Shown here one piece after another: positions 23,965 to 36,540 of a stretch of DNA of 64,000 nucleotides (position 1 is the first letter of the stretch; every line of letters begins with the position of its first letter). The position numbers and the translations under genes were made by a program. This DNA is from Chara braunii (Eukaryota; Plantae; Charophyceae): positions 902,602 through 966,601 of the forward strand of contig BFEA01000008.1 in assembly GCA_003427395.1 (NCBI GenBank), given 5' to 3'. Under the pieces are notes generated by a model, which saw only the letters and a program-made list of their open reading frames with translations, made no database searches and was not told the DNA's origin.

Positions 23965-26900
23965 TTGTGCACTATCACCGTGGTGACCCTCGAATTCGGA
24001 AGTAACACCAACCCCTACAGCGAAGAACAGGAGGAGAAAGTTGCCGCCATTCTACGAGAGGAGGAGGAAAGGATGGAGAAGAGGGAGTTAATAAAGCAGG
24101 CCAAGACGCTGGCCCTGCTGGAAGAACAAGAGGCAAAGAAGAGGCAGATGGAGGAGGAGCTGAAGAAGGAGCAGGAGGAGAAGATGGCGGCTATACAAGA
24201 GGAGGTGGAGAAAGAAGAAGAAGAAGTAGTAGTAGAGGAAGAAGAGCCATTGGAGAGAAGGAGAGGGGAAGCTAGCACAAGCAAAGAAATTGAGATTGCA
24301 AGGATTGCACAAGAGTGGGCCGCACATTTGGAGTTGAGGGAAGATAGGGAGGCCGAGATGGCCATCCCCCAGGAAGAGAGAAGCAGCAAGGAGGCAGATT
24401 GAGACAGAAAGGGACCCGGTGAGGAGAAAGGCGAAGGAAGAACAGCAAATGGCATGGAGATACAGGCTGTCCAAAGATAGGGTAAGACGATTGGAAGCGG
24501 CGGAAAAGGCAGAGAAGGATCTGAAAGTGGCGAAGACTAATGTGGGAAAAATCAGGGAAGAGACTGAGATGGCTACGAAGCTCAATACCCTGACTCAGAG
24601 CGTACAATCTTTACTAATTGCACACCACGAACAAGCGCACTATATTCGCAGTTTAGAAGTAAAGGCAGATGCAATGCGCGGTAGGTTCAAAGATTTTGCG
24701 AGTGACATGATGAAATACTTATTGGCCGAAGTCCACAATGCAATTACTAAGACCCGAGAGTTCTGTACTGGCGCCATTGAAGGCGCCAAGTTAGCGACTC
24801 CTAAGGAAGAGGAGCCGGCCCACCACGCCGTGAGAAAGTCAAGGTCCGTTTTCCCGAACCCTTCAGTGGAAAGAAGGGTGAGGATTTCGATAACTGGGAG
24901 GCCAATGTGCACTCCTACTTGTACTTACAGGGAGTCAGGCCTGAGGACCACGTTTTGGTGGCCTTCCAGGCCCTTCGAGACGAGGCGACTAGCTTTGCTA
25001 GGTGGCTAGCCCACTCTGCGAACTGTGATAATGATATGGTGACGTATTCGAGACTGACACCTCTCTCTTAGTTCCAGAAATCGCTCAGGGAGCGATTCTT
25101 AGATGTGACGCGGGGCCTCAAAGCCCTCGACAAACTCCAAATGATACACACTCACCTGTGGAAGAGTGTTCACGCCCTCAAGTCCGCCATGGATGAACTG
25201 ATTGCGGTCCCTGGGCATGGAGTAACCGATGCCCAACTTCTTATCCTCTTCTATCGCGTCCTTCCTGAGAACATTCAGGGACATTTCTTCGAGAAGAAGA
25301 ACCAGCAGGGCATGACTTACGACACTCTTAGTCGGGAGATAGTTGCATTTGTCGCCCAAGCATCGCCAGTTACCACGTCCTGGCACAAAGATCTGTCAAA
25401 GGGAAAAACGTGGAAGGGACGCACCATCTCGGGCCATAGTTTGATATTAACAATGGAGGAAGGTGGTGTCGACGAGGTTTCCTACTCTAACATCGAGTGG
25501 GGACTAGAGGAGGAGGAGAACAACGGCGCAGGCCAGGGGAGAACCTACGTTGTTGTTGCAGCCGGAGGGAGGCCGCAAGGAGGACAAAGGTTCGGCCAGA
25601 ATGGTCGGGCCCTGGGTGGTCGAGGACAGGCCAGCCAGGGGGTTGGCGACAATGGCAACCGCCAAGCGGGAGGAAGGGGAGGTCTTCTGTCTAATCGTCC
25701 GCGTTTTAGTCAGCCACCTCCCTGTCAAGGATGGTGGCACCCCGGCCAGCCCGAGGGCCGACCTTGGGAAGATCTGGGCATAAAGAAAAAGGTATGGCAA
25801 GAATGCATCAATAGTTCTTAGTGCGTGTTCTACGGGGACCCAGGTCATATCATCAAAATTTGTCCCAAGTATAGGGACTGTGCTGCGTCTGGGGCAGCAA
25901 AAGACAGCCGCCGGTAGGGGTTGCAACTGCCCCTACCCCAGGAGAATGTGGATCTGAGTGTGCTCGCAAAGTAGTCTCCCACTCCACATACCTCCATGGC
26001 AGATGTTGCAGGCTGGCGTCTAGTAGGTTGTCCAAAGACTCTTTGTGTTAGAGTCTCTCTAGACGTTTCCCTCACAGGCTTAGCCAAGGATTTAAGAGAG
26101 AGGAGTTAAGCCTAGGCATAGATGAAGAAGGATAGTAAAGGACAGCTTATCCCCACAGATGTAGAATTTTTTAGAGCTAGAGTAGGTGCCCTAATAGACA
26201 GTGGGGCGACTAGGAGTTATATCAGTCGCAAAGCGCTGAAGAAGTTAAACCACCAGTACCTTCGTCAGTTCAAAAATACTCGGCCTTCGACCTTTCAGAA
26301 GGCCGAAACGAAACGGCTACCGCCGATCAGATTGATTAACATCGGGCTCGGCCTCCTGAAAGTTCGGGTACTGGCCAGGACTTGTTGAAACCGGATGCCA
26401 AAGGTACTAGTGGTTTAAAGCTAAATCTTAAAGTCCAACGTTTAGAGGAACCCGTAGTCAGCATCCTTGCAGACAATAGCAGGATGCGTGTTGAAGAGTA
26501 TGTTGAGGGGTCCATGCCTACTTTTGCCTAGAGAAATTTGGGAAGGTAGAGAAGGTACTGCACTCCTTGACCCTCCTCGTGGAAGAGAGTCTCCCATTTG
26601 ACATTGTTCTAGGTACGGCTTGGGGAGAGGCAGCAGGAGCCACACTGCACCTTAGAGAGCACGAGTGTAGGCTCCCTAGTGCGTCTAGCGAAGTCAAGCA
26701 AGTCCGCCTATTCCATGAGTCGGGGTTAGATAATCCCCACGCCCATTGCTGCCTCAGCGGTCCTGCATTCGCCAAACTTGTGCGAAAGGAGCAGCTCAAA
26801 GAGCAGGTGTTCGTAGCCTATGTTACGTCGATTTCTGATCAGCCAAAGGAAGAGGAAAAGATCCATCCTTCTATCGCCAGTTTGCTGGAAGAGTATAAGG

Positions 26901-29737
26901 ACTTGTCTGAAGCACCTTCATGAGTAGTGCCCAGACCAATCCAGAATCTGGCAGTAGAACGCCTAAGGGGGCAGTCTACAGGATGTCTCCGAAGGAGTTA
27001 GAGGAGCTTCGCAGACAATTAGATGAGCTCCTAGAAAAGGATGGATCAGGCCTAGTTCGTCACCATTTGGCGCACCTGTTCTGTTTGTCCCAAAGGAGGA
27101 GGGAGAGCTTCGCATGTGTATAGACTATAGGGGACTGAATGCCATCACAATTACGAACGCAGAGTCATTGCCACATATAGATGACTTGTTAGATCGCGTG
27201 CAGGGATGCAAGTATTTCTCAAAGATAGATCGGAAATCAAGATATCATCAGATAGAAGTGCACCCTGACGATCAGTATAAGACGGCGTCCAGGACGAGGT
27301 ATGGGCATTACGAGTTCATAGTGATGTCGTTTGGACTTACTAATGCACCGGCTACATTTCAGCGTTGTATGAACGACTTGTTTAGACCGTGGTTAGGTAG
27401 ATTCGTCGTAGTTTATTTAGACGATATCTTAGTATTCAGCAAGACCCGCGCTGAACATGAGGGCCATCTGCGACAGATTCTAAGCAAGCTTAGAGAGTCT
27501 CAACTTCAAGATTAACCTGAAGAAGTGCGGATGGGCCAAGACAAAGGTCCTCTACCTCTACCTAGGCCATGTACTAGACGGTGATGGTATTCGGCCTGAG
27601 GACAACAAGATTGCATCCATTAGAGACTAACCAACTCCTAAAACGCTGACAAAGTTGCGCTCATTCTTAGGACTGGCTAACTACTATAGGAAGTTCGTAA
27701 GGAACTTCTCCACGATCGCTGCTCCCCTTCGTAGATTACTGAAGAAGGAGACTATCTGGAAGTGGGACCAGGATTGTACGTCAGCCTTCAAGAAATTGAA
27801 GAAGGCCTTAATAGAATACCCTGTCCTCGAAGTTGCTGATCCATCATTACCCTTTGTTGTTACTACAGACGCTAGTAAGTATGGCATAGGTGCCGTTTTG
27901 CAGCAAGATGACGGCCACGGTTATAGACCCGTAAAGTTCATGTCAGCTAGGCTGCCCTCGGAAAAGGTAGCAGAATCGACATATGAGAGGGAACTCTACG
28001 CTCTCAGGCAGGCCTTAGATCACTGGAAACACTATCTGCTTGGGAGGCACTTCAAGGTATATTTTGATCACGAGACTCTTAGATGGTTAAAGACAGAGGC
28101 CAAGATGACGCCCAAGTTGACTGGATGGCCTGCTGAGATAGATCAGCTTGACTTTGAGTTAAAGCCTGTGAAAGGAAAGGACAACGTGGTAGCCGATGCT
28201 CTGAGTAGGAGAGCTGATTACTTCGGCGCGATAGTGCACTATCTAGACATAGGGGCCGACCTGCAGCAAAAGATAAGGGATGCATGTGCTCAGGACCCGA
28301 TCTACAATGAATTGATGAAGAGGGTAAGGGGAGCCCCAGATAGCGAGCCGTACTACCGAACCACAAACAAGCTACTGTTTGAGAAGACCAATGTCATTGA
28401 CACACTATGCGCCCCCAATAGCGAAGAGATCCGTAGCCTGATCTTAGGGGAATGCCACGGTACAGAAGGGCACTTCGGATGGCAAAAGACTCATGATGTC
28501 ATATACGTGGCCAGGCATGAAAGCAGATTGCATAGAGTATGTGCGCACCTGCAAGGTATGTCAGCGGAATAAAACTACAACCAGAGCCCTGCTAGGTCTT
28601 ATGAGACCCTTGCCTATTCCGTCAGGACCTGGAGATTCAGTTTCCATTGACTTCATGAATACTGGGGTCAAGAGTAGGCATGACAAGACTCAAGTCATGG
28701 TCATAGTAGCTAGGTTTAGCAAGTATGCAGTATTTGTTCCCCTGCCTTCAGAGGCACGTACAAACTTAGTCATTAGTAAGTTTTTCGACTTCTGGGTAAG
28801 TGAGCATGGTATGCCGCTGTCCATAGTTAGTGATAGGTACACGCGGTTTACTAGTCAGAATTGGCAGGATCTTATGAAAGTTTATGGGTCTAAGTTGTTG
28901 ATGTCGTCAAGACAAGACCCAGAGACTAATGGTCAGATAGAGCAGATGAATAAGATCTTGCATCAACTACTTAGAATGTATATTAGACCAGATCAGATAA
29001 ACTGGGATGGGATGCTTCCCAAAGTAGCAATTGCCTACAATAACAGTGTTCATCTAGCTACCTGCAGGACTCCTAACGATCTACATAAGTCCTTTAGACC
29101 AAGGCGGCCATTTGAGGGACTAAACCGGGACCAGATACACAGACTACCACCCGACACACGAGAGTTTGCGTTACAGCATGAGCAGACAGTCGCTAAGGTC
29201 ATAGACAATCTGAGAAAGGCCCAGCATCGGATGATAGAGGAAGCTAACAAGCACCACCAACCTTCACAATTTCAGGTAGGCGATCTAGTCTGGGTCAAGT
29301 CAAAGGAGTTCGCACCTGAGGAAAACATCTCGCAGAAGCTCTTACCTGCGTATAGAGAACCGTGGTCTGTCCTAGAAGTCAAAGGAGGAGAGGACGGCCT
29401 GTCATATACTATAGAGATTCCAGCACACCTCCACACGTACCCAGTCTTCCATGCATCTAAGTTGTTACCCTGCACCACATCTGACAGATTCCCTTCTAGG
29501 AGATTGATGATTCCGCTAGACATGGATGGTGCATATGATATAGATGACATAGTGGAAGAGGACATGTTTAGGACAGGAGGTCGAGGTCGTCCCTAGAAGC
29601 AGTATAAAGTTCGGTTCGCATACCAGGAACCCGAGGACGACGGATGGTTCACAAGAACAAAGCTTTTGGAAACCGCTCCCGACGTAGTACACGCCTATGA
29701 GAGGGAAAGAAAGGGCAAAGGTCCTGCCTTGAGTTAG
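23965..29737 (+). pseudogene. gag-pol pseudogene
   Basis: Degenerate Zn knuckle CVFYGDPGHIIKIC (about 25822-25863); protease ALIDSGATRSYIS; RT CIDYRGLN...YLDDILVFS; RNase H VTTDASKYGIGAVL; integrase H..GHFG..CKVCQRNK, SIDF, VSDR, GQIEQMN, YPVFHASKL; chromodomain YDIDDIVEE...YKVRF...W (about 29533-29705); multiple stops and frameshifts. Confidence 0.95.
26249..26414. mobile_element. TTAA-flanked MITE inserted in the gypsy protease region
   Basis: ttaa|ACCACCAGTACCTT ... AAGGTACTAGTGGT|ttaa; removing it plus one TTAA restores ...KALKKLKLNLKVQRLEEPV. Confidence 0.92.
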
Positions 29738-29762
29738 GGTGTTCTCGAAGGACCTCGAATTT

Positions 29763-29775
29763 AGGACGGCGGGAG
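29763..29775 (+). promoter_or_regulatory. Polypurine tract
   Basis: aggacggcgggag immediately before the TG of the 3' LTR. Confidence 0.75.
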
Positions 29776-30770
29776 TGAAATGGTTTCACCCAGTTGACCT
29801 GACATTGTAGTCACAGAGATTCGATCCCTAGACCTGTGCCACAACCCTGTACATTAATCCCGTGTGCTGAGTGAGATTCGATCCCTAGACGTACCCTATA
29901 CCTGTACATAGACCCTGTGTGCTGAGTAGGATTCGATCCCTAGACCTGGTCCACATCCCAGATTAGTCTGTAGTTTGGGCAGTAGGACTTGATCCCTAGG
30001 TCTGTAGATTAGCAGCTAGGTCTGTTACCGATAGGCTTAGGAAGTCTGTTCTAGAAGTCTCTACGAAGTCTGTTGAGGGCTGAAATCTGTCTGTAGGTCT
30101 GTATAGGCTAGAAGGTCGTAGGACAGTCCAGCCAGCAAGTACCAAGGGTAGGGGCTGCACGTGGGGAAGGTTCTGGACTACGTGGTGGGTTCCACATGTT
30201 TTGGCCCAGAAGGCCAAACGTCTGGAAGCTTCCCTGGGCCACTCGTTTTGGCCCAGGCCCGCACGTTTTGAGGCAGGCCCGGGTACCTCCGAAGATGTAT
30301 AAATAAAGAGGCAGCGTCCAGCCATGCATTCATTCGCCTGTGAGCCATGCGGAAGAGCTGCCTTGGTATCTTGTGCGCGGAGGTCTGCAGGTGCCCGGAG
30401 AGGAAGTGGGCTGTGAAGAAGACAGCGGCCATAGTGCACCAGCGAGGGAGACCGGCGGCCGTAGCTAGGAGGAGGAAGACGACGGCGGCCATAGCCACCC
30501 AGCTGTTGGTGTAGACAGAGTGTACAGAGTGTGAATGGCTGTGCAGCGTGGACATTCAGGGTGATCCTCGTACATGTGTGCATGCGAGAGTGTGGGAAGT
30601 GAGGCTGGTGGTAGAGACGGTGTTCGGCGACCATAGCCGCAAGTTGTACAGCTGGTTCAGATTGAGTTTAATACAAGTTTATTGTTGTTTCTGAGTTGGA
30701 AGAGTTTGATTTTGCCATCGGTTCTCAAGTGTGCATGTTGAAAGCAAGTCCAGAGTCGAGTCTGATTGCA
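29776..30770 (+). repeat. 3' LTR (995 bp, TG...CA)
   Basis: Follows the PPT; about 56-bp internal tandem units (gattcgatccctagac); TATAAATAAA at 30298-30307. Confidence 0.88.
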
Positions 30771-31025
30771 CTATGGTGGTCATGCATTCTTTTCTTTTTC
30801 TTATTGGGTTGTGCAGTTGCGCTCATGTATTCAGTGACCATTTCATGTGCTTTTGGATCAAAGCTGTAAATATTTGCTCATAATCAACAGGGGAAGCAAA
30901 GGAAAAGTTAGTGGTTGTCTGGCAGATGGTAATACGTTTTCTGTACGCAGAGTGTGGGAGGATTAATTAATAATTATTAATTATTAATTAACACATTTCA
31001 CAGCTGTCTATGTTTTTCTGTTCAG

Positions 31026-31112
31026 GTGCCATCTAGGAAGTTTCTTCCGCTTGTATATCAGATTGCCTCAAGGCTCAGTCAGACAGCACCCTCTCAGGTG
31101 GTCAATTTTCAG
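31026..31112 (+). CDS. ATM: ATM exon H, phase 0-0
   Basis: tttttctgttcag| ... cag|gttggt; VPSRKFLPLVYQIASRLSQTAPSQVVNFQ contains the hallmark KFxPLVYQIASRL. Confidence 0.95.
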
Positions 31113-31341
31113 GTTGGTAATTTTTCATTTTTATTTTTAATAGAGGTATCAGCTGTATTGATAAGACTGGAAACCGGGCCCAGCGCCCCTTACATCAGAT
31201 ATGCACTGAATGTTTCGCTTCGTTATGGTCAAGGGACCCTGAGACATCAGCATTTATTACTTCCTCTTTTAGGTCCTCTTTTAGGTCCTCTTTTAGGAAA
31301 GGATGTACTACCGGAAAGCGATTTTGAACAATCACACGTGC

Positions 31342-34110
31342 TTTTTTTTTTTTTTTCAAAAAAACAGAACCTTATGGTTCCGGCTCCTTTTCCATTCAGG
31401 GGAGCATCAGTCCGGTTCCTATTCCACCGGCAAGTCAGAAAGGATTACGGTATGTATTCACTCACACTCCTCCCCCTCATGGTGTGGAGGTCCGAAGGAC
31501 GGCATTGATTACTTCCCAGCAGAAGGATGTACCACCCTTCACCCCTGCCTAAGTTAGCCTGCACTACTGAGATTCTGTCCTTATTCTGTAATTGGTGCTA
31601 AAACCCTGAACCCTCGCTAGATGTCTCCTTGTCTGTAGCCTGTCCCTGGCAGTCTTATGGTGTGAAGGAGTGACAGACGGCATTGATTACTTCCTGTGGG
31701 AAGAATGTACCATCTCTCACCCCTGCCTACGTTAGCCTGATTAAAGTACTTGCCTACCGTCTTCACCCGAATATAACGCCCTGTCATTACAGCTGTATTT
31801 GGCGCACTTTTCAGTCCACGTGCAGCGAAAATGACCGGGCGTTCTATTCGGGTGAAGACGGTAGCTGTCGGGTTTGCATGGATTGCTGAGACGGCTAGAG
31901 CAGTTCTTGTCTGTGTGCTTTGCTGAAAGTTGAATCCTGCAGTCCACGGTCTGTAGTAGCCGTAGACTTAGGTCCTGCATTTTTGTTTTAAATTCTAGTC
32001 ATGGGCTAGTGTTCTGTATAGTTGCTGGTGCCGATCGTATCCGCTACTCTGTAGGCTTTGCTTGGATCCTAAGCTCTAGTTTCTGGGTTGGCCTAGTTGG
32101 CCCCCTACTCTCTCTGTGTCTTTTTACCGTCTGGTGTTTGTTTGGACTTATGTTGAGTGGATGCAGGATGTGAAGTGGTGATACTAGGATCCTATAGGTT
32201 TTAAGGAGGGGTAGGAGGGGTGTGAAGTTAAAGATGGATGGGGGGGTGGTAGATACGGTGGGATGTTCAGGCTGATGTAAGATAGAGCGAGAGGTTGGAG
32301 AGGGGAGATTTAGGAACTAGTCGAGAGGGGAGAGGGGGAAGTTGATTCTGAGGTCAAGGAGGGGGGGATGAGGTTTTGGGGGAGAAGGGGTTGAGATTGA
32401 AGTGGAGTGGGGGCTGTGGGAGGAGAGTGTCTTGGTTAGATGGGGTGATGTGCAGTTTGGGAGCTGGGAGTCAAGAGACCGGTTTGCCAGCGGTGGGGAA
32501 CGAGGTGTTGGTGAGGGGTGAGATGGAATCTCGTTCGGCGAGGGTGGGAGGGTTAGCCAGTTTTTGAGGACTAAGTAGTCGTTTCTAATTTCTCCTGAAA
32601 GGCCTGATCCTAGTTTTGAAGTTGAAAATTTATGGACTAATTCTGCTTTTTTGCCGGGGGCATTGGTTATTTGTTTTTGGGTTCTATCCCAGAGTGCATG
32701 TATTTCGGTTTCTACTGTATGCTTTTATTGTAATGACTACTAATGAGTGGATTTTCAGGTGTGGTAGGGCAATCGCCGAAGGTTAGGTCACACCTTCTTT
32801 TCCATAGGTCCCAGATGATTCCTTTCTTGGTAAGTAAGAAGAAAAAAGTCTCAAAGCCTTGAGGGGCGGGTTCTGATCTACTTCGAGGAATATTGTGCCG
32901 GGGCTAATTATAACGGACTTGTCAGAGGAGTTCCAAGTGAGCTCTATCTCTTGCCATATGATTCTTGCTTTTCGGCAATCGATGAAACAGTGGTCCAGTG
33001 TTTGGTTGCAGACTTCGCGCCAGGAGTCTTGGTCTGTTCGGTTTTGCTTGTTGTGTCTCTGTTGACTGGCACTGACCTGAATGCTATTAACCAAAGTTGG
33101 CTGGCTATTCTGACAGGTCTAGTGCAGAAAATTGTCGTCCAGGGCAGGGTTATCTGTGAGTCTGTGATAGTGGGTTCTCCTTTTGTCCATCTTTTTTGAA
33201 GGATGTTGGTTATCGAGATGGGTTTAGAGAGGAGACGGTAGCCTAGTCTGGGAGTGTAGTCGGATATTTTGTGAAGCCGTGGTATAGTGGCTCGATGGGT
33301 GGGGGTGCTCCAGGTCCATTCTGTCAGGTCTAATTCTAGTTCTTGTATACTCGACTGCGGCTTAAAAACCTTTCTTCGCAGGGTGTTTGTTTTGAAAGCA
33401 CCCTCTGCTCTGCTTTCTGCGTTAATTTAGCTTGTTGGATTCCCTGGTTCCTCAAGAGAGAAAATGTTGAAGCAGATCCAGTTATTATTCGGGGTTTCAT
33501 AGGGGTTTTAAATCTGAGAACCTCCTGTACCACTCCCAGTATTGAGGCCCAGTCTCCATATTGCCATTTCTGTTCAGACCGTAGTAGGCGGCTCCGTTCC
33601 ATGGGAATGCTTTCTATGATCTGGTTAATGTTCGTTTGTAGGTGATGTAGGCCTTTCAGGGTTGGCCTGAGTTCCGTTTCTGATTTCCACTCGTTTGATG
33701 CATCATCCCAGAGGTGTTGGATCTGCCATACTCCTCTGTCTACCCAGTGACACCATTTGGCATCAGATATGGAGAGAGTAAAGCTTACGCCTTTCTCATT
33801 TTTGATCCAGGGGTTGCCAAGGAGGGGTTGTCTTAGAATTTCGTCTCTCCTTTTGGGCCTTGACCTGTTTTCTGGAAATATGTTCCTCCAAATGCGTAGG
33901 ATCAAGGCCCAGAGGCCCAGAGGGATTTTGAAGGTTCAGGATCGTGATTATCTTCTTGTGTTGATTGGGGGGGNGGGGGGGGGTTGTCTTTGGGGAGTGT
34001 CCAGTGTTTGCTGAAGATCCAGAAAAGACCTGTCTTGGAGATTTGAATGGGGATAGTTCCCTGATGTGGTTCAGGACTAAAGGTGTCCAAGCACTCGTGC
34101 CCTAGGTTAG
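31342..34110 (-). mobile_element. 5'-truncated L1/Tx1-type LINE B with long 3' UTR and poly(A)
   Basis: Poly-T at 31342-31356; post-RT region LRQPLLGNPWIK...WVDRGVWQIQHLWD homologous to LINEs A and D; zinc finger VCNQTLDHCFIDC near 32970-33015. 5' boundary approximate. Confidence 0.85.
31757..31861. mobile_element. 105-bp Tc1/mariner (pogo-like) MITE
   Basis: ta|CCGTCTTCACCCGAATATAACGCCCTGTCATT ... AATGACCGGGCGTTCTATTCGGGTGAAGACGG|ta; 32-bp TIR with 2 mismatches, TA TSD. Confidence 0.88.
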
Positions 34111-34267
34111 CGCTCTGTCTCGAGCTATTTTTCATGCTCATGCTCACCCCAGCACCGGCTTCCATTCGTGAACGCAAAACGGATGGCGCAGTCACACTGC
34201 CATGTCACGCAATGCAGTGAAGCGCTCTGTTCACTTCGCGTTCTGACTGCGACAGAAAACATGTAAA

Positions 34268-34648
34268 TAACAAATATAGAATTTCTCCACTTCAGTCTGT
34301 TCACTCTTGTCGCATACCATGAATGGTATGGCTGCATATCCTTCCCATCCCTTCTTCCTCATCCGCCTGTACGCCCTGGGTGCTATTCTTTTCCCTATAC
34401 CTGCAACCATCCCTCTGTGGTTGTCCCACCTCACATTATGTCGTCTCGACGTCTGGCCAATGTACCCGCACTTGTATGGCGAAATGTGTGTAAATGCAGC
34501 TTTCAGGCTCAGAGAACCAGTCAAGGTTGCGTGTGCACACATTGGACAACCAAGGAATTTGGCTGCTTTTCATCACCGTCATGATCCGCCTCATCTTGTT
34601 CCTGATTTCCTCAGTTTGTTGTTTCCCATAGTCCTGAAGTGATCCCAA
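34268..34648 (-). pseudogene. GIY-YIG endonuclease fragment, probably from a Penelope-like element
   Basis: Across one frameshift: SCIYTH/SPYKCGYIGQTSRRHNVRWDNHR...YRRMRKKGWEGYAAIPF...TEVEKFYI, giving the GIY/YIG motifs, the R...H and the catalytic E. Confidence 0.7.
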
Positions 34649-35565
34649 TCATGCCCTGTATCCTGGTGTTCAGCGTCATTCATCCGTTGGCTCACTCATT
34701 TATGCCCGGTCTCGTCGTTCTATGATTCGTCAACTCCAGGAATTTCGTCTCGTTGAAAAAATTGCCATACCACCTCCATGGCCTTTCCCTCTTCACCTGG
34801 GGCTGATTGCTTTCTTTCCTGGGCACAAATGGCCAAAGCCAAGATATACCTCTACGATGTGTGAATAAATAAACTAAAGGCAAAGTCTGAAAAAAAAAAA
34901 AGAAGAAGAAGAAGCCTGCACGTGGCCTGTGCTAAGCCGTATACACATTTGCCTGTTGAGAAGTGATCAGGGCTCAAAGCCTACTCTGTCGGGTGATTTC
35001 TTTGTTTTTCTGTGTCTTGCCTCCAATCTATTCTGAGGAGCATCAGTCGGGTTCCTATTTCACCTGCAAGCCGTCATGAATAAATCTATTGATACAATGA
35101 ACGAAGTATCTGGCAGTATTCCTTCTTCCCCTTAGGGCCTTAGGGATGATATGATATTTTGTTTGTTGTGAGAGATTTCTCAAATTCAAAGACAACTCCA
35201 CTGCCCTTGTGCTCCGGAACTTGTTCGTAAACTCATCAAGGTTGATGTGCCTGACTAGACCATACACAATTGTCAACAGGTGACGAGTTTAAACTTTAAA
35301 TCCTGATGGACACAGATAGACAAAAAAAAGGATAGGGGCTACTGCCTTCAACGGAATAAAAGGTTGGCGCACTGGGGGGTAAAACAAGAGTTAAAGATTT
35401 TTGTTGGATGAACGAGGCAGGATAGGCCCTGAAAGGGCCTGAAGTGAGTTCTGTTCTTTCTCCGCTTTTGGGAGGCATTTTATGGAGTGTTTTCATTCTC
35501 TTTTGATATCTTATTTCTTTTGTGATGGTTTGTTGTGGGTTGTGCACCTTTCCAATTCCTGCCAG

Positions 35566-35628
35566 TCTGTCCTAACAACTCTGGTAAAGAAGATGGCAAC
35601 AGAGCATCCATACCATAGTCTCTATCAG
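35566..35628 (+). CDS. ATM: ATM exon I, phase 0-0
   Basis: cctgccag| ... cag|gtgagc; SVLTTLVKKMATEHPYHSLYQ resembles SALVSLIRKMAIDHPYHTILQ. Confidence 0.95.
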
Positions 35629-36270
35629 GTGAGCTCTGTGTCCTCTGGAAGAATCTTGTTCACGCTAATTTGCCCGTTTTAATTATTTTAACCTTTTGTA
35701 CAGACTCCTCAGGGAAGCGAGGAGGAATATACACAGCTTGAATTGCAGTTCTAAATCCGCACTGGTCAAGAAAGCAGAAACGAAAATCTCTACTGCTTGA
35801 GCAGTACGAAGCGCTAATCACCGGCCCTTTCTCTCTCTGGACAGAATCTCCTGTGCAGAAATTTGCCTTCTAACATTGTTATTGAAACCTGGGCAAGACC
35901 TAAGGTGAGAGAGCCTTCATGGATTTGACTTGTAACTTTGTAAGCCAGAATATGATGTACATTAACTCTGTAGACAAGGCACATCCAATCATACTCAGAA
36001 GGCAGTGAAGGAAATGAGCATAAGGAATATGCTATGAGTAGAAAGAGTGAGACAGAAGACTTATATCCCAACTAGATCCATGTCTAAGAAGTACATGAAT
36101 CATCTGACTTTTTTCTGAAATTATCACTGAAATAAAAGTATCGGTTCATATGGCTGCTAAGGTTCCAGCCTACACCTTTCTCCAGAACAGACTGTAGTTT
36201 ACCATCTGAACTGCTGCTATGTTCATTTCAACGCAACCCCCACCCCACCCCTCCCCCCGCCCCCAAGCTA

Positions 36271-36367
<97 letters not shown>

Positions 36368-36540
36368 GAGGTGGTCGAGCTGTCAGGAGCGCGGGCAGTC
36401 AATCAGTTGGTCGGATTGGTAACCGTTTCTTCGTCCTTCCGTCTGTAGGTCCGTGCGTCCCTATTTTAAGGTGGCTTGCATTCAATGCGAGAATGAAAAA
36501 GAGATTTTACTTCTGAATCGGCTAGTTTTGTAGGCAGACC

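Larger units (their letters stand above)
22641..30770 (+). mobile_element. Ty3/gypsy LTR retrotransposon (chromovirus), decayed
   Basis: Two LTRs, PBS, PPT and domain order gag-PR-RT-RNaseH-INT-chromodomain. Confidence 0.96.
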
